A stretch of DNA of 64,000 nt from Camelus ferus (lineage: Eukaryota). Location: assembly GCF_009834535.1 (NCBI RefSeq), contig NC_045708.1:51584001-51648000 (forward strand). The letters run 5' to 3'. A program made the translations under genes and the position numbers. Of this stretch, positions 22,585-34,260 are shown piece after piece (the first letter of the stretch is position 1; the number at the start of each line of letters is the position of its first letter). A model generated the notes under the pieces. That model was not told where the DNA came from. It made no database searches and saw nothing but the letters and a program-made list of their open reading frames with translations.

Positions 22585-25109
22585 TATTAATAAGAAATTG
22601 AAACAATCTCAGGGCCATCAATAGACATCTGTTTAAATAAATTATGGCAATAACTATTCAATAGAAAATTATAGAGTTATGGAAAAAACATGAAGAAGAG
22701 CTTTATGCACAGAAAAGGAGCAGTTCCATATATATATATATAGTGAAATGTCAAAAAATGATGAGGTGCAGGAGGCCTGAATGGTATGTTCCCACTTATT
22801 AAAAAAAATAAATCCTTGTATACACTTAGGGAAGTATGAAAAAAGATGTATAATATTTAATGCCTCTAGGCAGGAGAATGCGTAATGAAAAACTGATCGT
22901 AATAGTCGGAAGACTTTCTACAGTATACTTTTTTTTTTTGAATAGGTTAACGATAAAATGGGTGTCACCTGTTAAAAAATAAATACAATGTATGTTTAAA
23001 TGAAAAATCAATTCATTAGGGAGAAAAATCTGTATGTTCTACCACAGAATAATTGTGAAAAAAAGGGAAGTGAATTTTCTTACCTGGATACTGTACCAAT
23101 GATGTATCCGAAAGTCATACCTTATATTATTAAGCGTGAGATTTAATAAATTGTTGAAGACATTCAGAGAAGGCAGTTTTATAGTTTCTGCTTGATAGGA
23201 TATAGGATACCCTTGTGAGTGTATTTATTGGACTATGTCATCGTCAATTTACAATTATGTCCACTTCTTTATTCATTACACTGAAAAGAAAATAGATTAT
23301 CTAACATGTGGTCAATTTACACTTGCCTTTCTGTTTTCTACTTTTTTTCATAATTTAAAAGAAATACTGAAGAGACATGCTTTTCAGGCATAGCTATATT
23401 TACAAGGTTTCTCATATTGGAGGAAATGTCAAAAATGCTTTGGTTCTAACTCTTCTCTTTGTTTATATTCTTGGGTTAACAGCCTTTTGTTATTTCAGTG
23501 GCATATAGATAGAGTTAACATGGCTGTAACCTTAAAGATTTTATTTTAATCAGTTTGGTTTTTTTCCCCTAATTATGGAGCACACTTGGAGATGTTCAAT
23601 AAATATCTTCTGTTAATATGGAAGTATGTTCAACAGAAAGGCTAACAACTTTATTTCAATGATTTATTAGTGTAATAAATATTTTTCTCTCATTGTTTGG
23701 CAATGTGGTAAGATTTATATCAATGATAGTCAGGAAAGTTTTATTTTATCGTTGTATACCAAAAATTAATATACTTTGGATGTATAGTTTTTAAAATGGA
23801 AAAGTAAATATAATTTTTATTCAATATTTTTAAACAGTGACATATTTAGTTTCCATATAAATTTTTGTAACGGCATCAAGAAACTCAACAAAGAATTATT
23901 TAAGAGTTGAGAAAATCATTCCACTAAATGCAAACAATGTTTATTGAGAATCTAGTCTGTCTGGTAGAAACCAAAAGAGGTATAAAAGAACTATTGTGTC
24001 ATAAAAAATCCCTTGATTGGGTTCTAAAGGTACAGAACAGTAAGATCCGATCTCTGCCTAGAAGAAACTTACTTTATTTTGGATATGGGTTATTTACCTG
24101 TAAATATGTGTAAAGAGACATATAAAAATTAAATTTCATGTAAGTTGTGCAGCCAACAAATACTACATGAGAACTCATGAGACCCAAGGGCCTGTCAGGG
24201 AGGAAACTGGAAAGTTAATGGGACTACAGAGAATCCTGAAAGAATTTAGCTTTTTAAATAAACTTTTTTTCAATCCCACTCTATAGTTAAGTCTCATATG
24301 TTGTATACTGTAAAGATTTCATACAGTTGATAAGAAATAAATATTTGTGGAATAAATAACTGAATTAATTTTCTGCTTTTCAGTAACTTGCAATATGCTA
24401 TGGACATAGGATTTTCATAATAAAAAATAAATAATAAATACTGTATATAAATTAATAGGCAGTAAATAAAGGACTTTTATAGTACTTAGCAAATAGGAAA
24501 ATTTTTATTATTTTTATTATTTTATTATATTTATTATATCATCTATATATTTTGCTTATTATTGAAGTATTTGTTATTGAGGAATAAATACCTGGAGGTA
24601 GTGGTATCCTAGAGCCAGCTCTATAACTCTGCATTAAGTCATATGGTCTTAAAATACAACAAAGGTCAGCAGATCAAAACTTACACCCCGCCTCCAGAAT
24701 CAGTTAATAAACACAGTACAGTAAACATAGTTTACTACAGCACCCTGCTGCCTAGGGGACAGGTGAATATGCATTTCCTTGGGTAAAATTTGTTGTCTAG
24801 TTGGCATTCACTGGACATAATTCTGCTGTCCTAAAATTAGATATTCTCTCAGCCATTTTGCCTGGTTAATTGGTGGTGTATAAAGAAAACTACATCATCT
24901 AACTTATACTAATAAGATTCTTCATAATTTTTTTGTGGGGTCCACATTTCTCAGAATAAAAATCTGTTGTTCCTTAGGGGTTACAGTTTCCAAATGACTA
25001 GGTAATAAGAAGTGGGCAAGAGATAGAGAGGAGGAGGAATTGGAATTTAAAAATGCCTTTCAACAACTCATTCATTTGCAATATAATTATTAAATACTAA
25101 ACTGGGTAC

Positions 25110-25423
25110 CAGACACTGTTCTAATTATTGTCAATGTGAGGGTGAACCAAAATAAACATACTTGGTCTTCATGGAGTTAATGGCCTTTCCAAGGTGGAGA
25201 GGCAGCTGTAAAACCTTATGGTTTGTACATATCTTGGTTTTTTTTATCAGAAAGGTAGACTGTCAGACACTATTCTAATTATTGTCAATGTGATGGTAAA
25301 CCAAAATAAACACACTTGGTCTTCATGGTGTTAATGGCCTTTCCAAGGTGGAGAGGCAGCTATAAACCTTATGGTTTGTACATATCTTGGTTTTTTTTTT
25401 TTTTTATCAGAAGGGTAGACTGT
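25110..25423 (+). repeat. Tandem duplication, units of 154 bp (25110-25263) and 160 bp (25264-25423)
   Basis: 7 substitutions, a 1-bp indel and T8 versus T15. Each unit begins in an L2 3' relic. Confidence 0.95.
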
Positions 25424-26914
25424 AGCAGAGAGACACATTCTCTTCCAATTTTATTTAAGCAGACAGAGGGGCTTTCTTTCATGAGATAGAGTATTGTTGA
25501 AGCCAGAATCATTATGATCTCTTATAATACCTCCCAGGTTCTGTCAATAAATACTGTGAAAGTCAAAAACTTATTTTTAAGTTTATTTTTTATTGCCCTT
25601 TATGAGTATTTAAGTTAAAAATTGTGAGAGGCTTCACTGGGGAATACTGGATAGGCTAATTTGTGCTCATTGAGCATAACTCTGCCATCCTGAAATTGAG
25701 TATTTCCCAACTAGAAGCCTTCCCTTCTTTTTTTAAAAGAGTGCTTTATTTCAAGGGACATTTACAACTTGAATTGCAATATTTACTCTTTCAACCAGTA
25801 TCTATTGAGTATTTAACTTGGCGAATAACTTAGTCCTAAGCTCTAAATATTTTATTTTGCCAGGGAACATTTACCAGTTAGGAAAATGTACTTCGCTTGA
25901 CTGTTCTTTTCTACTTTACCTGTTGGTATGCCTGTTTGGTTTTTGTTTTCGTTTTAATTTTGCTCAAGCGTCATAATGTTCCCTGGAAAACCCTGGTTCT
26001 GCATCAGTATGAACCCCTACCCCATCATCTAAGGCAGAGGCATTTTGGGTTCTAAACAGGTCCTGGAGCCGCTTGAGAAAAGTGCTCCAGCCAAGATTGG
26101 TATCTTGACACCATTTACTCAAGCCAGAGTTTTCCCTCCAGAAAGACCGATACTATGATCGTTTCTTAAGATTGCTTCTGATCAAATGTCCCATTGAGTA
26201 GCAAAGAGGTGACTCAAATTCCAATGACACTGGCAATAAAACAAACAAGAAAATTCCTTTGATTTGGCTGGTAAAAACAGATACTGTATCGGCTTGCAGT
26301 TTCCCTCACAAACGCATTGTAGAGTGTGTAACGGGGATGGAGGCGGCAGGGGCCAGAGTGATATACCAGATTGTTATTCTACTGACCCCACTAGTGAAAT
26401 AGAAATGCTTTCCATTTTTAATGTAGATTTTCCTTTTGAAATAAGATTTTCTGATATTGTCCTCAACATTAAAGTAAATACTTATCAAATTTGTGACCAG
26501 TAGTAATGAAATAGGAAAACCAGAGACCAACAATTAAATATCGTTTAGGAAAATTAATATATTCATGGTACATTTAATATAACTATATAATTAATTTTAT
26601 ACTGTAGCCATCAAAAGCCAATGCAGTTTCCTTTATATATCCATTTTTAATTAGAAACTTCTTACAACCCAGTTGGCAAGTTACCCATTTTCAAATGCCA
26701 CATGTTATTTGATTAAGCAATTTAATCCCATAGGTGACATTTTCTTTCCAAATAAAGTATGAGAATATACATCTAGAAGCACGCACCATGACTTTAAATA
26801 ATGCTATACTCAAAATCTTTTTATCTATGTTTTAGTTCCAAGATTTTGTTTTGAATGATTCTCTATAGCACAAATTAAACTTCTTTAATGTCAGCATAGA
26901 TTTATTGATTGATT

Positions 26915-28060
26915 AGGTAAATCATTCATTAAAAAGTATTTATTGCTTCTTGACTATATGGTAGCATTGTGACAAGGCTACAGATGTGGGAAGGTTGCTA
27001 CCCTCAAAGATTTTCCAGTTCAATAGGAAAAATAGCTATATAAACATATATTCATGAAAAACAAAAACAAAAAACAAACAAAACAAAACAAAACAAAAAA
27101 AACAAAAGGAAGGTAGCCAGAGGAGCAGAGAAGAGAGCACATGTTTCAGTTTTTGGCATGGTAGAAGGCTTCATAAGGTAAATGATATTTAAATTAAATC
27201 TTGAAAATCAAGAAAATAGGCCCATCCTGGGAGAAAAGTGTGTTTCACACAGAGGGGAAAAGGGTATTCCATTCAGAAGGAAATATATGTGCACAGTTGC
27301 AGGTGAATAGAAGAACCTGATATGTTCCAGAAACTTCAAGTCCTGTACTCAGTGTAACTGGGTATGGAATGCACGTGAGCAGAAGAAATGACCCAAGACA
27401 GCTGGGCAACGAGGGGTTTATATGCAGTTAGTTGTAAGTTGCTTTGACCCACATCTATAGTGTGGGAGAGAGGAGGACACTGAATGAAGAGTGTACAGTC
27501 CTCCCTCGGTATCCACAGCAGATTGGTTCCAGGACCACTCCTTCCACCCTCAGATACCAAAATCCACAGATGCTCAAGTCCCTTATATAAAATGGCATAG
27601 TAGTGGCTTATAACTTATACACATCCTCCCATATACTTTAAATTCATCTCTGTATTACTTATAATGCCTCATACAGTATAAAACCTATGTAAATAGTTGT
27701 AAATAAAATGTAAACACTGTGTAAACAGTTGCCAGAACATGGCAAATTCAAGTTTTGTTTTTTGGAACCTTCTGGAATTTTTAAAAAATATTTTTAATCT
27801 GTAGTTGGTTGACTCTCGGAACCTGTGGTCATGGAGAGCCAACTGTATAACTCATAAATGAAACCAAATTTCACAGTTTGGCAGCAAAGTTTAGGAAGAA
27901 TTGAGAAGCTGGGTGAGAGTTATAAGAATGTTGGTGAAAGGCTCTGGAGGCCTGAACTAAAGAAGTCATGGTAAAATAAGGACAGGAACAGAGGTCTCAG
28001 AGGAATTGAGGAGGTCAGCTTAAGATGAGTTTCAATTAGAAGAAGATATGGCAGCTGCTT
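26915..28060 (-). mobile_element. L2 fragment interrupted by MER2 and a (CAAAA)n tract
   Basis: attcattcattaaaaagtatttattg start and L2-like purine-rich antisense continuation. Boundaries approximate. Confidence 0.6.
27496..27845 (+). mobile_element. MER2-like TcMar-Tigger MITE
   Basis: cagtcctccctcggtatccac...catggagagccaactg with TA duplication at 27494-27495 and 27846-27847. Confidence 0.88.
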
Positions 28061-28809
28061 GTATATGCATGTGTGTGCCAGTTCATCCAGTCATTTCACA
28101 AGTGTCTCTGAGCACTCTTCGTACAAAACACCATGACAGATCAGTCACAGCTGGGCTCTGGGCCAAATCGCCACCTAGAAATGGAAGAAGGGCATATTTA
28201 AATATCTGAAAGGATAATTAAAAAATGGTGAATGTCTCACTTAGTAAATAATGAGAAACTTGATATGTAATGTGTAAAAAGACAAAAACTAAATACAGAA
28301 TTTTCAGTGTATTACTAACTCATTATTATGTGAAATGGAACATTGTTGTTAAAATGTAGAACATTAGGGTGTGGCCGCACAGGCTAACTCATTCTAGGAA
28401 TACTAGTTACTGACTAAATTCAGGTCTAGTTTAGAAGTTAAGGGAACATTTTATAACTTCTAGGTTATGGTGTTTTTAGACCTTATATACATGTATGTAA
28501 TAAAATCTCCCTACCTTGAGAGAGTTTCAAGTGACAGAGAACATGGAAGATATTCCATACTGGGGGAAGCAGTATGAGCAAATGAAAAGGTGAAAATGAG
28601 ATGGGCTGCGTTCCTGAAATTGACATATAATTGCAGAGGAGCAGTTCTCAAGAAACATGGATCTTAGTGCTATGCAAAGTGGTTTATTATAAATAAGCTA
28701 TTATCAAACTGACTAGTACTAGAGAGGAGATGAGGAGAAAAATCAGTATTTATCAGTGTTTAGAAACCACTTATCAAAAGGCAATAAAGTGTACTTTTTT
28801 AAAAGCACT

Positions 28810-28995
28810 GTATTATACCACTTACTAGACATTTGACCTTGGGTGAGTTGCTTAAGCTTTCTGTACTTAAATTTTATCTGTAGAGATGATGATGATAACA
28901 CCTACCTTGTAGGATTGTTAATACGTTGATGTGTACATAGTACCCAGAACAGAGCCTAGCACATAGTCAATGCTGTATTAGCAGAGTTATTATTG
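28810..28995 (+). mobile_element. MIR SINE
   Basis: gaccttgggtgagttgcttaagctttctgtac...gagcctagcacatagtcaatgc. Confidence 0.75.
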
Positions 28996-29557
28996 CAGAC
29001 AATATGATAGGCAGTTCTGTATGGTTGAAAGCTCATAGCTCATGGCATATGGTGGGTTTTCAAAAAATATTTGCTGGGGAAAAAATGAGGGAATACTGAA
29101 AAAAGGAAAATATGAATTTGAATGCCTGTTTTTATTATTCACTATTTGTATGATCCTGGACAAATGGGTTAGCTGCTCTGTGCTTCATTCATTCATTAAT
29201 TCATTACATAAACACCTGCTGAATATCTGTTCTGTGCTAGAAACAGCAGCAAAGGAGACAGATTTGTTCTTTGTTTTTATAGCTTCCCTTTAGAGGGAGG
29301 GTCAACTAAAAATATGTAAATAAATATATAAAAATAAAAATTTCAGTTTGTGATAAGCAATTCAGTTCCCTCATCTGCAAAAAGAATATAGCCATACTTA
29401 CTTTTTAAAGCTCCTGCCATAATTATAAATAACATACATAAAAGCATGTCCTGGCGTAGGCCACAGGGGAATACTGGCTGACGCAGTAGTAGTAGTACTA
29501 ACAGTGTCCAAATTAGTAGAGCATGGTTCCAGCATTTCAGAAGTTGATGGTCTAGTG

Positions 29558-29778
29558 CAGTGATCAACAAACTACAACCCTTGGACTGGCCAACTGTTTT
29601 TGTTTTGTAAATAAAGTGTTACTGGAAAAGGGCCATGCCTGTTTGTTTACATATTGTCTACAGCTGTTTTCTCACTAAAGAGGCAGAGTTGAGTAATTGT
29701 GACAAAGACCATATGGTCCTTAAGCCTTATTTATGTAAGCATTTATTATCTTGCCTTTAAGAAAGTTTTCAGACCCTG
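29558..29778 (+). mobile_element. MER58A-like hAT-Charlie MITE
   Basis: cag...ctg ends with ttttgtaaataaagtgttactggaa and aggcagagttgagtaattgtgacaaagaccatatgg. Confidence 0.8.
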
Positions 29779-29899
29779 ATTTAATATGCCAATTAGGTCA
29801 TGTTTACCAAAAAATTGGCTCAAACATGTATATGATGCACCCAGTGATGAATATAAATCTTCAGTGTTGTGAAAAGGGAGAGATTGCTCCAAATTGGGG

Positions 29900-30620
29900 T
29901 TACCCTAGGGAAGAAAGCATTTTAACCAGAGCTAGAAGGATAAATAATAATTCAGGAGATGAAAATGGCTGGAGAGAGGGCATTCCAGGCAAATTTCTGC
30001 ATGAAAAAAGCCTCAGTAGAAGCATAGTACATGATGAGCACCACACATTTCGGAAAATGATTGGATAGGAGGCTAAAAGGCATGATAGGAGATGAATTGA
30101 GAAGTGCTGTGAAAACCAGACCAACATATTTGAACTTAATTTGGTAGGCAGTTGAAAGCCACTGAAAATTTCTAGACCTAAGAATGACATAGTCAGTATT
30201 TTAAAGATACTCATTTGTCAGTTGGTATGCAAAATGAATTGAAGCAGAGATAATGGGGAAAAAATCAGCCATCACTAAATGAATAAAAATTTTGCACAGG
30301 CATAATATAATGAGGGCTAGCACTAGGATGACAGATGGAAAGGAAAAAGGTGACTATGAATATTGCTGCAGTTACTCTGACAGATTGAGCACGCATGATG
30401 GTATTGGGGGAAGCCTGAAAGTTGGTGTATGTCATTGGTGTCTAATGATGAACAATGTCAATGTCAGGAGAGGAACCAACATGAATGTGAACCAAGTAAA
30501 GATCAGTGGATTTGGGGAAATCAGAAGTCAACTGCCTCTAGAACCATGGTGGCTGATTATGTGAGATTATGATTTTAAGAGATGGTGTATATGAAAAACA
30601 AATGAACAAAAAGTAGTCAG
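29900..30620 (-). mobile_element. L2 fragment
   Basis: Typical L2 antisense blocks (gaaagccactgaaaatttct, atgacatagtcagtattttaaagat). Boundaries approximate. Confidence 0.65.
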
Positions 30621-30639
30621 ATGGTGACAATGAAACCTG

Positions 30640-30875
30640 TCTCACCAACACTGAGGGCTTACTACGTGCCAGGTTATGTTTTAAACACTCCAGGACACTA
30701 TTTCACTTAATTTGCATCATGACTCTGTCAGTCACATTATAATCATGCCCATCTTACAGATGAGAAAATTAAAACTAAGCATCATTAAATTGCCTCTGGC
30801 TTTCCCAGTTAATACTAGAGTTTGAACTCAGGTTACATGACATCAAAGCCTTTTGCTTAACCACACTGCTGTACT
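30640..30875 (-). mobile_element. MIR SINE
   Basis: gagggcttactacgtgccagg...cccatcttacagatgagaaaatt...gcttaaccacactgctg. Confidence 0.8.
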
Positions 30876-33739
30876 GTATCTCACAGGAAAAATTAAAAGT
30901 ATGATAAACTAAAGCAATGATGTTTTTTAATTTTTCTGTTACTGTAATTTTTTTGTCATTTGGTAGGGGATATATGGCTACTATTTAGAATGAAATCTTC
31001 ATGGTGACAGGGGAATGGGTACTAAATTTAGACTGCAACATCTACTTAACAAAAATATAGCCTAGTACTATTTTAATTAGTTAGCCTTTGTGTAAGCATT
31101 GAGAGGCAAGTAGCTACCTAAGTCCTGCCCCATTTGCAGCAAAACAGCAGGACCCTGTAGCTAAACTACTATAATGGTAGGTGGCCTCCAATGCCCCAGC
31201 TTCCTGAGCAGCAGATGTAGCAGCTCTTGGTGGGCCAGTTCTGCAGTGCTCTTCTGTGCGTCGTTCCTAGAAGATGAGCCTGGAGCCTGTCAGACCCAAC
31301 TCCAACTTTCCCAAAGATTTTGTACGCACCAAATTCCCTCTGTTAAATCCTTTTCTACTTAACCTGGCTGGAATGACTTCTGTTATGTGAACCTTAATCT
31401 ATCCTATACAGCATTGATTGAAGCAGTAAAATTAGCAAGCATGAGATTGACAACACTGAAGTTCCAGGGCTTTCTCCAAAATGTCTTTTTTAAGCGTTCC
31501 CTGCCAAACAAAGGGAATGCACAATCAGGCAAAGACCGGATTAGAGGTTATGTGTTCTTAATTGAGGCTGTTTTCCAAACTGGTAAATGTGTGAGAAAAA
31601 GACCAGTGGCCAACAGGTAAGATTCCTCAGGTTTAAGATCTTTGTCTTTGGATATAGTTTACTCCCTAATGGAATTGACCAGAATCAAGTCATCCTGTTG
31701 CCTTCTAAGATTTTAAGGAAGCTATGTTGCCAAAAAAATCTGTCCAGTAGCAGCCTGTGACTGTTTCACCTAAAGAAATCCTTGGGCCCCTAATTCCTAC
31801 CAATAGAAGCAAGCTGTGAAAGTTGTGATTCCCAGAAGGGCAGCCTCTTCAGAGCCTACGTGAACTAGTTGAAGATTTTCTTTGGCTTCTATTTTTGCTC
31901 TTGATTTCCAGTTGAATTATATTATCATCTGATAGTGCAGTGTGTACTATTTCTAATTTGGCATTAAACAACTTTTTCTTTGAATTTCATATGTTGTCCA
32001 TTTTGATGATGTCCCATGGATGAGTTCCCTTTTTGAACTATGTGTATCTATAGATCTATATTATCCAATTTTCATTCCTTTGTTAAAAACCCTTCTACTG
32101 TTACTTATATTATTTTCTGTGCAATCTAATGTGAGGTAAAAGAGATACATTTCTGTATTTATTATTATCTATCTATTCATGTACTTCTTGTAGATTTGGC
32201 TCTCAGTATTTTGATGATATCTAAATATTTAATATGTTTTCTATATAATAGTAAATATAATATATTTGATAATCTTTAATATATTTAACATATAATATCA
32301 AATATGTTTGATTATATTTAATATATATTATATTTGATAATATTTAAATATTCATGACAACTATGTCCTCATTGTGGATTTGCCACATTGTAGTTATAAA
32401 GTGGTATATTCAATTTGTCTTGAATTTAATTTTGTCTCATGCAAATTTTTTAAAGCTTTAAATAGACAGTCTGATTGAAAATCATGAAATTTAAAAGACG
32501 GTTGATGGACAAAAAGAACCCTCTCACTGGAATATGACTACTATATTCATACTGCTTCTACATATTTGTGAAACGGAGACCTAGGAAAGGAGAGAATCAA
32601 TGTCAGCCAGTGCACAATACTAACGCTAATGAGAAAATAAACTTTAGCTTTCATCCTTCACAGAATACACTAACAGATAACAATGAAGTCTGGAGAAATT
32701 ATTAAAATCTGTTAAAAAAAAAAAAAAAAGAACCCCTCACCCACAAGATAGTGTCATTTTCCCTTATCTTTCTTGGTAAGTCTGTTTAATCTGAAGTTCC
32801 TAGGTAGGAATCTGCTCATATCATGCAGGGATCATGAATTATTTGTATTTATTTATATTCTTTGTTATTTATATGGGAATGATTTTAGGAATTAGAATTC
32901 TACTTTACTTTAATTCTCAATATTTAATTCCTTTAAAACCCTAGCTAAAATATTATTTCTCCTTTCATTTAGTTAACAACATAGATTCAGGCATTTTAAC
33001 TGGGCTTTTATTGCAGTAAAAATGTGTTATTTTCCACCACACTTAAGATCCAAATAACAGACTTGTCATAGCTTTGCTGAATGTTTTCTTCAATCTTGTT
33101 GGGAATTTAAAAAAATTAGCACCATTCACCATCTATATTTTTCCCAGTTCTTAAATTTCTTAAATAACCACTGTGAAGTGAAAATACCTTGAAGGGCAAC
33201 TATTCCACAGTCTAAACCAGTAGCCATGAGTGGGCTTGTTCGGCTAATCAATGCTTAATGGCTATCATTTAGATCAGATCTCAGAATTTCTCTCTCTCTT
33301 TTTTTTTAAATACGTTTGATTGGACTTGACCTTTCTTTACATTAATCATGGCATGCTTAGCAATCATACTTGAAGATCTTTTTTGACATTTGAAAAATGT
33401 CCTTGTCTCTGAGGGGCATCCCACTGCAAGTACAATAGACATACTTAATACAAGCAAAGAGATTTGCAGTGGAACTGAGAAAATAAATCTTGTACATTTC
33501 TTTTCTATTTTTCCATTTTCTCTTGCATGGTTTATTTTTAATTTGTCAAGTTTGTTGCTTTTCGTGGCCATTAGTTGTTTTGAGCAAGGTTTCAGTATAA
33601 GTTGTTTTATAGCAGTTCCCCTATTCAACCTAGTGAAGTCCCAGTGATTTTTAAAACCTGAAGATGCACCCCCTACCCCAGTGAGCCGTTTCCCAAATAC
33701 TTCAGCTGGATTGATCTCTCTTGCCAAGAATCCCTCTAG

Positions 33740-34260
33740 TATCTGGGTTTATGGCCAACCTCATGTTCATGACCTCATCAGTTAGTCTGACCTCTGTATC
33801 ACTCACTTACAAGTCTATTTCGATTCCATCTATGGGTTTCACCTCTTGTTTCCAGTCCTTCTGCCCTTTCAACACCGTGTCGCCCCACCTATCTCTGCTG
33901 TTACTAGCCCGTCCCTGTCACCTACTTGGTTTGTTCTCCTTCTAGCTTGTTCCAGCCTCGATGAACAGGTATTTAGGATATTTTTTTCCCCTTGAATCCT
34001 GATTATCATCACAAAGTTGGTTGTGAAGCATCTAGACTGATTCTGGCTATAGCTACAGTTACTATAAAGTCTTTCTTCCATTCTTGGAACCCTGCATAAA
34101 CCCTGAGGAAGCCTGCCTGGTCCCAGTGCAGCTGCATTAACCCTTGCTTCCCTCTTTACATTCTTCACATCTGCTTCTCAAGACTTTACATTCCCACTGC
34201 AGAATTTTGATCATACAGTCCTTTGGGGAACTCTCCTCTAGGTCAGAGGTCAGAGGTCAG
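33740..34260 (+). mobile_element. Probable L2 fragment
   Basis: Pyrimidine-rich L2-like blocks; heavily diverged. Confidence 0.4.

Larger units (their letters stand above)
18920..22800 (+). mobile_element. Ancient fragmented L1 (L1M/L1ME-like) hosting younger insertions
   Basis: ORF1 C-terminal-like CDLRILYSVK near 19080, A-rich ORF2 relics, and 3' UTR motifs (caaagtggaatacaacacagcaatgaagatg, cccttgggtgaaagttggtgatt). Boundaries approximate. Confidence 0.7.

Noticed and set aside
32215-32350. Extremely AT-rich tract (similar at about 18800-18890)
   Set aside because: Low-complexity sequence without defined periodicity.
33281-34168. 148-aa and 99-aa minus-strand ORFs; RLEQARRRTNQVGDR resembles the L1 ORF1 coiled coil
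   Set aside because: The similarity does not extend, the DNA looks partly L2-like, and there is no recognisable domain or splice architecture.
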